From contig NW_025765293.1 of the NCBI RefSeq assembly GCF_003918875.1, positions 62,001-126,000 on the forward strand: a stretch of 64,000 nt of DNA. The letters are read 5' to 3'. The notes under the pieces were generated by a model. It saw only the letters and a program-made list of their open reading frames with translations. It searched no databases and had not been told where the DNA came from. Both the position numbers and the translations under genes were made by a program. The DNA is from Haliotis rubra (Eukaryota). This document shows, in pieces, positions 1 through 12,500 of this stretch (its first letter is position 1; each line of letters begins with the position of its first letter).

Positions 1-2
1 AA

Positions 3-2592
3 ATACTGGACCTAGACATATCTTCCGACCCCATCGAACTTCCGGGTGAAATACAAGTTGCTTTCAAGGTTGTGAACCTGCAAAGAGCCGAGTCACCCAT
101 CAAGGTATCATGTCAGCATTTGTGAATGAAAGGACTATTAGAAATACACCCATGTCGTTCCATGTGCAAGATAGATACATAAATCCTGTTAAATCACTTC
201 TTCCCGGCAATTTATAATGGCCCCTCTTACTCTCAGATAGAACAAGGTTGCAGCGAAAAAGATTTTAATGATGTGTTTGCACGTATATAAAGTCATACAT
301 TAAAAGGTAGGTTGGTGTGTGACTCCTTGTCGTACTCCACTTTCACTGTGTGAGCCCACTGAGATACCACGATCCAGTTTTACAGTGAGTCACTTCGGCA
401 GTATGTTAGCTATTTTTAAGAAATACAGTTCGCTCTACCACCATGTATAGTGTAATAAAGCACACTTTCGCCCTGAACTATTATAGTTTAAGCATGAGGG
501 CGCTTACGTCCGAGTACTTTAACGTTATACTAGATCAGGGCGAAAGTGTGCTTTATCACACTATACATAGTACTAGAGCGAACAGTATATTATTTTCCTA
601 AGATGCCAAATTTAATACTGACCGACGATAAATCTAAGACAGAAAACAATCAGAAAAGCTACAGTTTCGGTAACCTACATTAACAATCCCCGTTCAGAGC
701 TTACTGACACGCTGTTCTATTGACGTTTCCGTATATTAAAAGAAGTGTGAGGGCGAAAGCTTCAACCACTAGGCTACCGTATGTTGAAAGAATTGATATG
801 GGTGAAAATAGAATGTCTTGCATGTTTTCTCCCCAGACCGACGAAACCCTGTGGAAGAAGGTCATGGGCATGTCGATAGAAGCACCAAGCAGGCACAACA
901 TGGGTTCATGTAGCTACAGAGACTTCTGTGGGTTGCTGGAACGAATCCCGTGTCCACAAGCTTTCAGAAAAAACAAAATACCCTGCAAGTGTCCCTTCCC
1001 AGTTGTAAGTGTTGATTGCATTTTCAACATATTCTTTACAACGCATATGTTTCTAGAACAACTGTGTAGAGTGAAGTATAAAAGTATATTTCCACAAACT
1101 GTTACACTGGAGTCGGGCGGGGCATCAACAATACACTAAACGCCAAACGAAACGTTACCCTCCTTCCTCAATGACGGAGGTACCTATCTTCAGCTAGCGT
1201 TGTGATGCGTGGACGTCCACTTGTTGGTCTGTGGACGGTGACCCTAGTCTGTCTGAATAAGTCTTATAATCCTTATACGGTGGTATCCGAGGGCATTGGC
1301 AACAGCATTGTAAGTCGACCCAATCGGCACCGCCCCAATGGCTCTTTTACTCCCTCCAGCTGTTAATCGTGGCATATTTCTCGTATCAGATCATCTTGGC
1401 TCTCTTTGTACCCTATAGGACCATTCTACATGTGAAATCGATGTAAATACTGCTTGAATATTGCTGCGTTTTGGCGATTGATATTGCTATGTGTAAACAA
1501 AAAAATGGAAAAATGTTACTTTGCAAGGAAAAATGTTAACAAAGATAATTTTAGATGTTCCTAAACATGTTTTCACAATATCAAAGACACGTTTTACTTG
1601 TTTTCACGAATGTAAAACAGCAGAAAATGTTTTAAAAGACTGAAATCATAGGAATGATTATTTTACAATTTTTCACACTCTGCAACAGTTGTTTCTTGGT
1701 TAGTAGCAGAATTGTATTTCAACCTTTCTTTTGGATATCAAAATCCTTATTATTGGTTTATTTCGGTATTGACGAATATAGGACAATATAACATCTTCTG
1801 AAAAAGATGCATTTCACCTAAATATGAATGCATTTGAGAATTTATTTTCGTGCTTTGCATTAAACTGTGTTGTTGAGCTTTCTTGTAAGCTAAAACCTAA
1901 AACATCTTCGATAGTTTTTCAGTAATTCATAAAGGTAGGAGGGTAACCTTTCTTTTGGCGTCTAGTGTAGGTTCACAAATTGCACTCATATCAACCAGGG
2001 TCTTCGGTGTGAGCGAACACTCTAACCACAAGGCTACCCCACCGCCCCCGTTAAATTGGATGATAAAACCAACAAGAAACCCATTTCGTGATTATTTAGA
2101 CAGTTCAATTTGATATCCTGACCCAGGCAGCTACTCTCGATGAGTGAGGGAGTGATTGAGTGAGTATGGTTTAACGCCGCTTTGAGCAATATTCCAGCAA
2201 TATCACGGCGGGGGACTCCAGAAATGGGCTTTACACATTGTACCCATGTGGGGATTCGAACATGGGTCTTGAGGGTTAATATTGAACGCTTTATAAACCA
2301 CTAGGCTACCCCACCGCCCCGTACTATTTGGTAGTGACTCATACATGCAGACTTACGAAATCGTACAGTATACTCATCTCTTCTCATTATGGAATGGGTT
2401 TTGTCTCCTTTTCGTTACATATCACATCCAGTTTCGTTTTTATTTCCATTTGTATTTCAGGGAAACTACACACTTCCAACCACTAAGTTTGAAGTCAACC
2501 TGTCCACGGTTCCAAGTGGAGACTACCGCATAAGGATCAAGATGGGCTCCTCAACTCAAACTTGCTACGAGATATACTTTTCAGTTGACTGA
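3..2592 (+). CDS. GM2A: GM2 ganglioside activator-like (ML-domain lipid-binding) protein, 3' part; exons 3-104, 837-1004, 2461-2592 (5' exons upstream of window)
   Basis: Spliced translation with GT-AG phase-0 introns: ILDLDISSDPIELPGEIQVAFKVVNLQRAESPIK/TDETLWKKVMGMSIEAPSRHNMGSCSYRDFCGLLERIPCPQAFRKNKIPCKCPFPV/GNYTLPTTKFEVNLSTVPSGDYRIRIKMGSSTQTCYEIYFSVD*. It matches GM2A motifs (DPI..PG, GSC...FC..L, CP......PC.CPF..G.Y.LP, G.YRI). AATAAA at 2974-2979. Confidence 0.88.
423..588. mobile_element. Foldback/MITE-like palindromic element in GM2A-like intron
   Basis: Arm atacagttcgctcta...aaagcacactttcgccctga pairs imperfectly with tcagggcgaaagtgtgcttt...tagagcgaacagtat; arms about 65 bp. Confidence 0.7.
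1134..1967 (-). mobile_element. Internally deleted Tc1/mariner element with TIRs and TA flanks
   Basis: TA-cactaaacgccaaacgaaacgttaccctcc ... ggagggtaacctttcttttggcgtctagtg-TA inverted termini. Minus strand from about 1375 reads MPRLTAGGSKRAIG...VANALG...RPTSGRPRITTLAEDRYLR, a Tc1 transposase N-terminal HTH/GRPR region. Confidence 0.8.
2143..2320 (-). mobile_element. tRNA-derived SINE family A copy
   Basis: Reverse complement has the ggggcggtgggtagcctagtggtt head, B-box-like gttcgaatcc, and gctggaatattgct...(ctca)n tail. Other copies near 7582-7892, 7678-7842, 13676-13808, 18417-18565, 47873-48010, 48384-48546, 48738-48905. Confidence 0.85.
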
Positions 2593-2596
2593 TCCA

Positions 2597-2714
2597 GGGC
2601 CTCATTTCACAAATCACTAAGGTGATCGTAAGTCACTAATGTAACCTTAGTGCAATGTTAAAGAATGGGAGTTAAGGTTAACCTTAGTAAAGCTTCCTTC
2701 GTGAAAGGAGCCCC
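2597..2714. mobile_element. Short MITE (Harbinger-like termini) in the GM2A-like 3' UTR
   Basis: gggcctcatttcac ... gtgaaaggagcccc imperfect TIRs starting 5 bp after the stop codon. Confidence 0.55.
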
Positions 2715-3249
2715 ATTACGACAGCTCGATCACCCAACAATTAATTCAAGCTTTGATATCTGATTCCTCGTAATATGTGTTAAAGAAGGCGTGCACGTAG
2801 TAAGCGTAAGATATAACAATTGTTGCAGCGTCCTATGTACTTTCTCTCGTTAGCTTCAATCTATATTGTCAGTGTGACCGAGCCTCTGTCATGTTATAAG
2901 TCTTGTACTACTGATGCAAACACCAACGTCCATTGCATCACATTGAAATTCTTGCACTATTTGAATGTCACTCAATAAAACACGCAGAATACAAATGTGG
3001 TCTGTTTGTTGATATTTTAAGTTATTCCTATGACATTTGTTCATATACCATCACATTATTCTTATCGCTTCAAAAATCCAAGAATTCATATTTTTAGCAA
3101 TTATACTGCGAATAATAGTTTTTAATATAAAACATTAAATGAGTGTCTTTTGCATTGTAAGTATGTTAGGAATAAAATATGTATTGTGTGATTCTACCGC
3201 ACTGATTTGTACATGCTAGTAAGTAATATGTAGTATTTGAATTTTTTTA

Positions 3250-3510
3250 GATCCGGGTTACAATTAGTCTTCAACAACCCATACTTGTAAGAGAAGGGTA
3301 GTCAGGTTTGCTGATTTGCTTGGTGCATGCCATCCTGTCCCAAATGCGCAGATCAATGCTCATGATATTAATCACTGGATTGCCTGATCCAGACTGGAAT
3401 ATTTACACGCCTCCGTCAAATAGTTGGAATATTGGTGAGTACGACGTTAAATGTACGAACGAGAGAGCAAACAACAAACGAGCAAACGAGCAGGCCATCA
3501 AACAAACAAG
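3250..3510 (+). mobile_element. SINE family B copy (ggattgtctggtccagac core, (aaac)n tail)
   Basis: The same roughly 250-bp sequence recurs near 12225-12330, 12700-12920, 17068-17280, 23195-23330(-), 28110-28345(-), 42980-43145, 49282-49510, 58430-58585 and 60343-60560. It shares the gctggaatattgct 3' tail with family A. Confidence 0.8.
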
Positions 3511-3526
3511 CAATCTTTAATATCGT

Positions 3527-6500
3527 TGTTGAGCTATGACGTTTATCATCTACTCTGTAAACACAGGGAACCATGTTGAGCTATGACGTTTATCATCTAC
3601 TCTGTAAACACAGGGAACCATGTTGAGCTATGACGTTTATCATCTACTCTGTAAACACAGGGAACCATGTTGAGCTATGACGTTTATCATCTACTCTGTA
3701 AACACAGGGAACCATGTTGAGCTATGACGTTTATCATCTACTCTGTAAACACAGGGAACCATGTTGAGCTATGACGTTTATCATCTACTCTGTAAACACA
3801 GGGAACCATGTTGAGCTATGACGTTTATCATCTACTCTGTAAACACAGGGAACCATGTTGAGCTATGACGTTTATCATCTACTCTGTAAACACAGGGAAC
3901 CATGTTGAGCTATGACGTTTATCATCTACTCTGTAAACACAGGGAACCATGTTGAGCTATGACGTTTATCATCTACTCTGTAAACACAGGGAACCATGTT
4001 GAGCTATGACGTTTATCATCTACTCTGTAAACACAGGGAACCATGTTGAGCTATGACGTTTATCATCTACTCTGTAAACACAGGGAACCATGTTGAGCTA
4101 TGACGTTTATCATCTACTCTGTAAACACAGGGAACCATGTTGAGCTATGACGTTTATCATCTACTCTGTAAACACAGGGAACCATGTTGAGCTATGACGT
4201 TTATCATCTACTCTGTAAACACAGGGAACCTTGTTGAGCTATGACGTTTATCATCTACTCTGTAAACACAGGGAACCATGTTGAGCTATGACGTTTATCA
4301 TCTACTCTGTAAACACAGGGAACCATGTTGAGCTATGACGTTTATCATCTACTCTGTAAACACAGGGGACCATGTTGGGCTATGACGTTTATCATCTACT
4401 CTGTAAACACAGGGAACCATGTTGAGCTATGACGTTTATCATCTACTCTGTAAACACAGGGAACCATGTTGAGCTATGACGTTTATCATCTACTCTGTAA
4501 ACACAGGGAACCATGTTGAGCTATGACGTTTATCATCTACTCTGTAAACACAGGGAACCATGTTGAGCTATGACGTTTATCATCTACTCTGTAAACACAG
4601 GGAACCATGTTGAGCTATGACGTTTATCATCTACCCTGTAAACACAGGGAACCATGTTGAGCTATGACGTTTATCATCTACTCTGTAAACACAGGGAACC
4701 TTGTTGAGCTATGACGTTTATCATCTACTCTGTAAACACAGGGAACCATTTTGAGCTATGACGTTTATCATCTACTCTGTAAACACAGGGAGCCATGTTG
4801 AGCTATGACGTTTATCATCTACTAGGTAAACACAGGGAACCATGTTGAGCTATGACGTTTATCATCTACTCTGTAAACACAGGGAACCATGTTGAGCTAT
4901 GACGTTTATCATCTACTCCGTAAACACAGGGAACCATGTTGAGCTATGACGTTTATCATCTACTCTGTAAACACAGGGAACCATGTTGAGCTATGACGTT
5001 TATCATCTACTCTGTAAACACAGGGAACCATGTTGAGCTATGACGTTTATCATCTACTCTGTAAACACAGAGAACCATGTTGAGCTATGACGTTTATCAT
5101 CTACTCTGTAAACACAGGGAACCATGTTGAGCTAAGACGTTTATCATCTACTAGGTAAACACAGGGAACCATGTTGAGCTATGACGTTTATCATCTACTC
5201 TGTAAACACAGGGAACCTTGTTGAGCTATGACGTTTACCATCTACTCCGTAAACACAGGGAACCATGTTGAGCTATGACGTTTATCATCTACTCTGTAAA
5301 CACAGTGAACCATGTTGAGCTATGACGTTTATCATCTACTCTGTAAACACAGGGAGCCATGTTGAGCTATGACGTTTATCATCTACTCCGTAAACACAGG
5401 GAACCATGTTGAGCTATGACGTTTATATCTACTCTGTAAACACAGGGAACCATGTTGGGCTATGACGTTTATCATCTACTCTGTAAACACAGGGAACCAT
5501 GTTGAGCTATGACGTTTATCATCTACTCTGTAAACACAGGGAACCATGTTGGGCTATGACGTTTATCATCTACTCTGTAAACACAGGGAACCATGTTGAG
5601 CTATGACGTTTATCATCTACTCTCTAAACACAGGGAACCATGTTGAGCTATGACGTTTATCATCTACTCTGTAAACACAGGGAACCATGTTGAGCTATGA
5701 CGTTTATCATCTACTCTGTAAACACAGGGAACCATGTTGAGCTATGACGTTTATCATCTACTCTGTAAACACAGGGAACCATGTTGAGCTATGACGTTTA
5801 TCATCTACTCCGTAAACACAGGGAACCATGTTGAGCTATGACGTTTATCATCTACTCTGTAAACACAGGGAACTATGTTGAGCTATGACGTTTATCATCT
5901 ACTCTGTAAACACAGGGAACCATGTTGGGCTATGACGTTTATCATCTACTCTGTAAACACAGGGAACCATGTTGAGCTATGACGTTTATCATCTACTCTG
6001 TAAACACAGGGAACTATGTTGAGCTATGACGTTTATCATCTACTCTGTAAACACAGGGAACTATGTTGGGCTATGACGTTTATCATCTACTCTGTAAACA
6101 CAGGGAACCATGCTGAGCTATGACGTTTATCATCTACTCTGTAAACACAGGGAACCATGTTGAGCTATGACGTTTATCATCTACTCTGTAAACACAGGGA
6201 ACCATGTTGAGCTATGACGTTTATCATCTACTCTGTAAACACAGGGAACCATGTTGAGCTATGACGTTTATCATCTACTCTGTAAACACACAGGGAACCA
6301 TGTTGAGCTATGACGTTTATCATCTACTCTGTAAACACAGGGAACCATGTTGAGCTATGACGTTTATCATCTACTCTGTAAACACAGAGAACCATGTTGA
6401 GCTATGACGTTTATCATCTACTCTGTAAACACAGGGAACCATGTTGAGCTATGACGTTTATCATCTACTCTGTAAACACAGGGAACCATGTTGAGCTATG

Positions 6501-6959
6501 ACGTTTATCATCTACTCTGTAAACACAGGGAACCATGTTGAGCTATGACGTTTATCATCTACTCTGTAAACACAGGGAACCATGTTGAGCTATGACGTTT
6601 ATCATCTACTCTCTGTAAACACAGGGAACCATGTTGAGCTATGACGTTTATCATCTACTCTGTAAACACAGGGAACCATGTTGAGCTATGACGTTTATCA
6701 TCTACTCTGTAAACACAGGGAACCATGTTGAGCTATGGCGTTTATCATCTACTCTGTAAACACAGGGAACCATGTTGAGCTATGACGTTTATCATCTACC
6801 CTGTAAACACAGGGAACCATGTTGAGCTATGACGTTTATCATCTACTCTGTAAACACAGGGAACCATGTTGAGCTATGACGTTTATCATCTACTCTGTAA
6901 ACACAGGGAACCTTGTTGAGCTATGACGTTTATCATCTACTCTGTAAACACAGGGAACC
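3527..6959. repeat. 47-bp tandem satellite, about 73 near-identical copies
   Basis: Unit tgttgagctatgacgtttatcatctactctgtaaacacagggaacca repeated head-to-tail with sporadic single-base variants and no spacers. Confidence 0.98.
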
Positions 6960-7677
6960 GTTCATGCCAACTTTGGCACGACAGCATCATATCGGCAAAG
7001 TCAACAACAATCTCGAGCTGCGTCTTGCGATTCACTTCAAATAGCTACTCCTTTCAGGAAGTTCAGCTGGATGATAGTAATTAGCAAATTGATTTCAAAT
7101 TACATTAATGCTTTCTCCAGGTACAATTTGTGTTCATGCTTGTGAAAGACAGGTTCATAGCGTCAATTATTTACACCACCAAACACGTTTTTTTCAAAGT
7201 GATTAACGTGAAAACCCAACCCAACATGGACTATGTAATTTCATCTCAGTACAACACCAGGAATATTAAAACGCAACGAATGAATAGTTCAAACATGTAG
7301 ACAATCGCATTCCGGTGTTTGGCTGAAACAATGCCACTGTCGTGTTAAATATCAAATGACTCTGAAACACAGATGATATTTGTAGTTGTTTGTTTCATGA
7401 AGGGCCTCGTGTGGTGGACATGATGATAGCACTGGGGAGGGACCACACTGTACAGCGACTGAAACACACACTCCACATCCTCACTCACACATGACAGCTG
7501 TCACTCATGTGTCACCCAGGTGATATCTACTAGGCGCCACAACACACGGTTTCAGGCCAAGCGAATTCCCAACTGTTGCAATACGTAATATTCCAGCAAT
7601 ATCCCGACGTAGGACACCAGAAATAGGCTTCGTCCATTGTATGCATGTAGGAAATGGAACTTGGTTCTTTGGTGTGA

Positions 7678-7842
7678 GGGACGGTGGGGTAGCGTAGTGG
7701 TTAAAGCGTTCGTTCGTCACGCCGAATACCCAGGTTCGATTCCCCACATGGGTACAATATGTAAAGCCCATATCTGGTGTCCCCTGTCGTGATATAGCTG
7801 GAACATTGCTAAAAGCGGCGTAAAACTAAACTCACTCACTCA
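7678..7842 (+). mobile_element. Full-length SINE A nested inside an older antisense SINE A (about 7582-7892)
   Basis: 11-bp target duplication ctttggtgtga at 7667-7677 and 7843-7853. The flanks join into a continuous minus-strand copy. Confidence 0.9.
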
Positions 7843-8489
7843 CTTTGGTGTGACGAGAAAACACTTTAACCTCTAGGCTTCCCCACCACCCCTCGCTTTA
7901 AAGAACTTGCCTCGGTCATCATTGAGATGTATGTGTAATTTGATCCTGTGAATGCATAAATGTATTGTATTTGCAGTTAAACTAGGCTGAGTGAAAGACT
8001 GAATGCAAGAGGTGAAACAGTGAATGTCATTTGCATATTTGATGAATAAAATATATATACTGAAATAAATCATTTGTGATCAAGTTTAATATATTTCTGT
8101 CTTTGAGAAAATAAATATTTGAACTTTTGAAACGTTAACTGAGAATAACAATATTGTAAATGTTACAGGGCAAGTCTGATAGTATGGTATTATATACTAT
8201 CACCATCGGCGGATGCAGGGTGTGTGTGTGTGTGTGTGTGTTGAACCCCCTGATCCCCCTCCTTTCAAAATTCCGGGATCCGCCCATGATCATCACAGTA
8301 CATATACCAGAGATGACAGAATACTTGGGTTAGAAAGTCAATCAATATCCAAATACTTAAACCACCGTTTTTCTGTAAAGAATTGATCATGGGAAATAAC
8401 AAACCGTTTTTATGAATGATTCATATGCTCAGAGAAAAACTGTAAAGTAATTGATCATGGGTATATGTACAGTACTTTTCTCCATCGTC

Positions 8490-9370
8490 CCTGGAGCCTC
8501 CATACATATTGACTCCAAAAACATGTTGGAGCCTCAATACATATCCCCTCTGCCCCTCAGTACATGTTGGCCCCCAAAAACATGTTGGCGCCTCAATACA
8601 CATTGGCTTCTCAAAACATGTTGGAGCCTCAATACACATTGGCTTCTCAAAACATGGTGGAGCCTCAATACACGTTGGCTACATGTTGCCCTCTCAAAAC
8701 ATGTTGGCGCCTCAATACACGTTGGTCTCTCAAAACATGTTGGCGCCTCAATACACGTTGGTCTCTCAAAACATGTTGGCGCCTCAATACATGTTGCCCT
8801 CTCAAAACATGTTGGCGCCTCAATACACGTTCGTCTCTCAAAACATGTTGACGCCTCAATACACATTGGCTTCTCAAAACATGTTGGAGCCTCAAAACAT
8901 GTTGGCTACATGTTGCCCTCTCAAAACATGTTGACGCCTGAATACACGTTGGTCTCGCAACACATGTCGGAGCCTCAATACACATTGGCTTCTCAAAACA
9001 TGTTGGAGCCTCAATACATGTTGGTCTCTCAAAACATGGGTTAGAGTTCCTTACGTACCCCCCATCTAATGTTTTCAATAAATACAAAGATACACAAGTA
9101 ATGAAAAGTACCTTATAAAATAGGCGGAACTCTTTCCAAAACATGTTTGCACCTCAAGACATGTTGGAGCCTCAATACACCTTGGAGCCTCAACACATGT
9201 TGTAGACTCAATACACGTTGGCTACATGTTGGCCTCTCAAAACATGTTGGAGCCTCAATACATGTTGGCTACATGTTGGCCTCTCAAACGTGTTGGCGTC
9301 TCAATATATGTTAACCTCTAAAAACATGTTGGCGTCTCAATACATGTTAGCCCATCAGTACATGCTGCCC
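8490..9370. repeat. Degenerate 36-bp minisatellite built from two roughly 18-bp subunits
   Basis: Unit gcctcaatacacgttggtctctcaaaacatgttggc, interrupted at about 9040-9135. It explains the overlapping repetitive ORFs here. Confidence 0.9.
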
Positions 9371-9541
9371 TCTTCAATACATTCCCTACACCACACGAGC
9401 TGGTAGTGTGAGATTGCTGCTGAAAAGTAGATGTTGATATGTAATAAATACACGAAGATGTCCTGCTGTGTTAGATTATACCCAAAGCCAACTTTACATC
9501 GACACTTCATATGCAAGCCACTGTTATTAACTAATTGTATA

Positions 9542-9706
9542 TATACTCATGGAAACAAATAAGGCAACACCTGAAAGTACATATGTTCCTTTATTCTTTT
9601 CCAGGTTTCTTCACAAGGTATGTATTGCACTGTGGGTGAAATTCTGGAAATAAATAAAGGAACACTTATACTTTCATGTGTTCCCTTATTAGTTTCCATG
9701 AGTATA
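9542..9706. mobile_element. Palindromic MITE-like element
   Basis: tatactcatggaaac.aataagg.aacac.tgaaagta...tgttcctttatt pairs with aataaaggaaca...tactttca.gtgtt.ccttatt.gtttccatgagtata. Confidence 0.75.
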
Positions 9707-10039
9707 ATTTCTTTTGCTCTTCTCATGTTATTTTTATTTCCCTACAAAATACAGAGACGTTATATATGTATACAAGCATAATAGAAGCGTAATAGTGCAC
9801 TAGTTTATTTTACAAGTCTTGGTCTTACATTGTACATTTCTTCAAATCATAAACGCTCTGATATAATCAATGTCACTAACAAATTTCACATTCATAATTT
9901 GATGTTGTAAAGCGTGTTTATGCCATAGACATCAGGCTCCACATAATGTGTACAGTATGGCTGGACTGACAGTGTCACCAACAAATTTCACGTTCATAAT
10001 TTGTTCTTTTAAAGCGTGTCTATGACCCCCAGGATACAC

Positions 10040-10305
10040 ATTATGTGTACAGTATGGCTGGACTCCGTGTCCTCTACGTTAACAATGTGTACAGTATGGC
10101 TGGACAAAGTGTCCTCTACGTTAACAATGTGTACAGTATGGCTGGACTCAGTGTCCTCTACGTTAACAATGTGTACAGTATGGCTGGACTCAGTGTCCTC
10201 TACGTTAACAATGTGTACAGTATGGCTGGACTCAGTGTCCTCTACGTTAATAATGTGTACAGTATGGCTGGACATCCCTGTGTCCTCTACGTTAATAATG
10301 TGTAG
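10040..10305. repeat. 42-bp minisatellite, about 6 copies
   Basis: Unit aatgtgtacagtatggctggactcagtgtcctctacgttaac. It grows out of the end of a roughly 100-bp direct repeat at 9870-10065. Confidence 0.92.
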
Positions 10306-10499
10306 AAAGCTATTATAATATAAACATTTCAAGTCCTGACAGCAACACGATGAGGAGATTAGTAGTAATCAGGGAGGAGCATCTTGCTTTGACAGGGTAT
10401 AGACTAGTGCCTATCTGTCTGTCTGAAGTACCGTTATCATAAAATAACCAGAACTTTCTTCTCTGCCATGTTTATGACGCTGTCCACAACGCTTTGTGT

Positions 10500-11545
10500 T
10501 GACCATGGGCGCCGGTGTCATAAGATGGCATCTTGACAGTGTCTTATAACTAGAGCTTTCTTCTGCCCCGTCATGTTGATATCGTTGGTACATATCTCTA
10601 TGTGTTCCTACTCACCACCATGGCCGCCGGTGTCATAACATGGCATCATGACATTGTCTTATAACTAAAACTTTCTCCTTCCCCGTCATGTTGATATCGT
10701 TGGTACATATGTCCGTGTGTTTCTACTCACGACATGGCCGCCGGTGTCATAACATGGCATCATGACATTGTCTTATAACTAGAGCTTTCTCCTTCCCCGT
10801 CATGTTGATATCGTTGGTACATATGTCCGTGTGTTCCTACTCACGACATGGCCGCCGGTGTCATAACATGGTATCATGACAGTGTCTTATAACTAGAGCT
10901 TTCTTCTCCCCCGTCATGTTGATATCGCTGGTACATATCTCCGTGTCTTCCTACTCACCACCATGGCCGCGGTGTCATAACATGGCATCATGACAGTGTC
11001 TTATAACTAGAGCTTTCTTCTCCCCGTCATGTTGATATCGTTGGTACATATCTCTGTGTGTTCCTACTCACGACATGGCCGCCGGTGTCATAACATGGCA
11101 TCATGACAGTGTCTTATAACTAGAGCTTTCTTCTCCCCGTCATGTTGATATCGTTGGTACATATCTCCGTGTGTTCCTACTCACCACCATGGCCGCCGGT
11201 GTCATAACATGGCATCATGACAGTGTCTTATAACTAGAGCTTTCTTCTCCCCGTCATGTTGATATCGTTGGTACATATCTCCGTGTGTTCCTACTCACCA
11301 CCATGGCCGCCGGTGTCATAACATGGCATCATGACAGTGTCTTATAACTAGAGCTTTCTTCTCCCCCGTCATGTTGATATCGTTGGTACATATCTCCGTG
11401 TGTTCCTACTCACCACCATGGCCGCCGGTGTCATAACATGGCATCATGACAGTGTCTTATAACTAGAGCTTTCTTCTCGCCCGTCATGTTGATACATACG
11501 TATCTGGGTGTGATCATACTCACCACCATGCCCGCCTTTAGCATG
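10500..11545. repeat. Roughly 120-bp minisatellite (8-9 copies) abutting the stop codon of TRIM gene A
   Basis: Unit ccatggccgccggtgtcataacatggcatcatgacagtgtcttataactagagctttcttctccccgtcatgttgatatcgttggtacatatctccgtgtgttcctactcacca. Confidence 0.95.
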
Positions 11546-12425
11546 CCACATCACGACAGCGCCTTGACAATCATGGCTTTCTTTTCCTCCGTCATGTTGA
11601 TGTCGCTGCCCACCACAAGTCTCATGCTGACAGTGACGACAGGTGCGCTATACACCCCGAACATCGGCCACAGTGGTTGACTGGAGTCTACATTGTCTAA
11701 TGTCGACATCACCTTGTTCTCCTTCACATCAATGAAGACAATCTTCTTCCTGGCGTCATCATAGACAACACCGTAGTGTAGTGTGTGTGATGCCCCTGCT
11801 GTGTTGGGGATGGTGTCAGGTAGATGTAACACTTCCTTTCCCTCCTTCCTGATTTTCCTGCATATCCCTTCATGAGTAGTACACTGGCCGACGGTCAAAC
11901 TGTAGGCATGGGGTACTACGGGCTACAAAGTGAGTCATGTCCATCTCTCCCTCAGCACAGACACCAACCTCCAGGATGAGCCAGTTCCCCGTGAGTGTTT
12001 TGTCCAGTCCGACCCTGGTCTCCGTCTCCCAGTACTGGGGACAATCAGCCAAGGGGAGGGGGATAGTGCTGCATGTGCCCCAGTAGTTCGTCAGTCTCCC
12101 TTTCCCTGCAGACCTGGTGTCAGACTTGCTGTTGATCAAGTCCCCCTCTGTGTTGATGTGGATGCGGTCAAGGTTAATTTTATCTGCGTCATACTTCAGA
12201 TGTATACCTACAACACATAAACGTGGATGAGATGCTCATGTTGTCAATCACTGGGTTGTCTGAATAATTTCAAACCGCCGTCACAAATCTGGAATATTGC
12301 TGAATGCAACGTTAAACAACAAACAAACGAGTAAAAGATAATCTTAAGAACAAAATGATAAAAAATACAACAACGTGAAGGTCAGTTTTGATCACTGATT
12401 GTTATGTACAGGCCATAAAACTACC

Positions 12426-12500
12426 GTATCCCGTGATGGGATTCAAACCATGGACCTTTTGATTGGAAGTCGGATGGCTCGTCCCCATGGCCACAGGAAG
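12426..12500 (-). pseudogene. Degenerate tRNA-like sequence (tRNA-Arg-like pattern)
   Basis: Reverse complement tcctgtggcc...ccgacttccaatcaaaaggtccatggtttgaatcccatcacggga keeps A/B-box-like and anticodon-arm spacing but pairs poorly. Confidence 0.35.

Noticed and set aside
3527-6959. Possible CRISPR array
   Set aside because: The repeats are contiguous with no unique spacers, there are no cas genes, and the context is eukaryotic.
7678-7750. Functional tRNA genes at SINE heads
   Set aside because: The tRNA-like heads continue into SINE bodies and tails with TSDs and lack a complete cloverleaf.
8421-9406. Overlapping repetitive ORFs up to 197 aa
   Set aside because: They are by-products of a 36-bp tandem unit open in several frames on both strands, with no splice or domain support.
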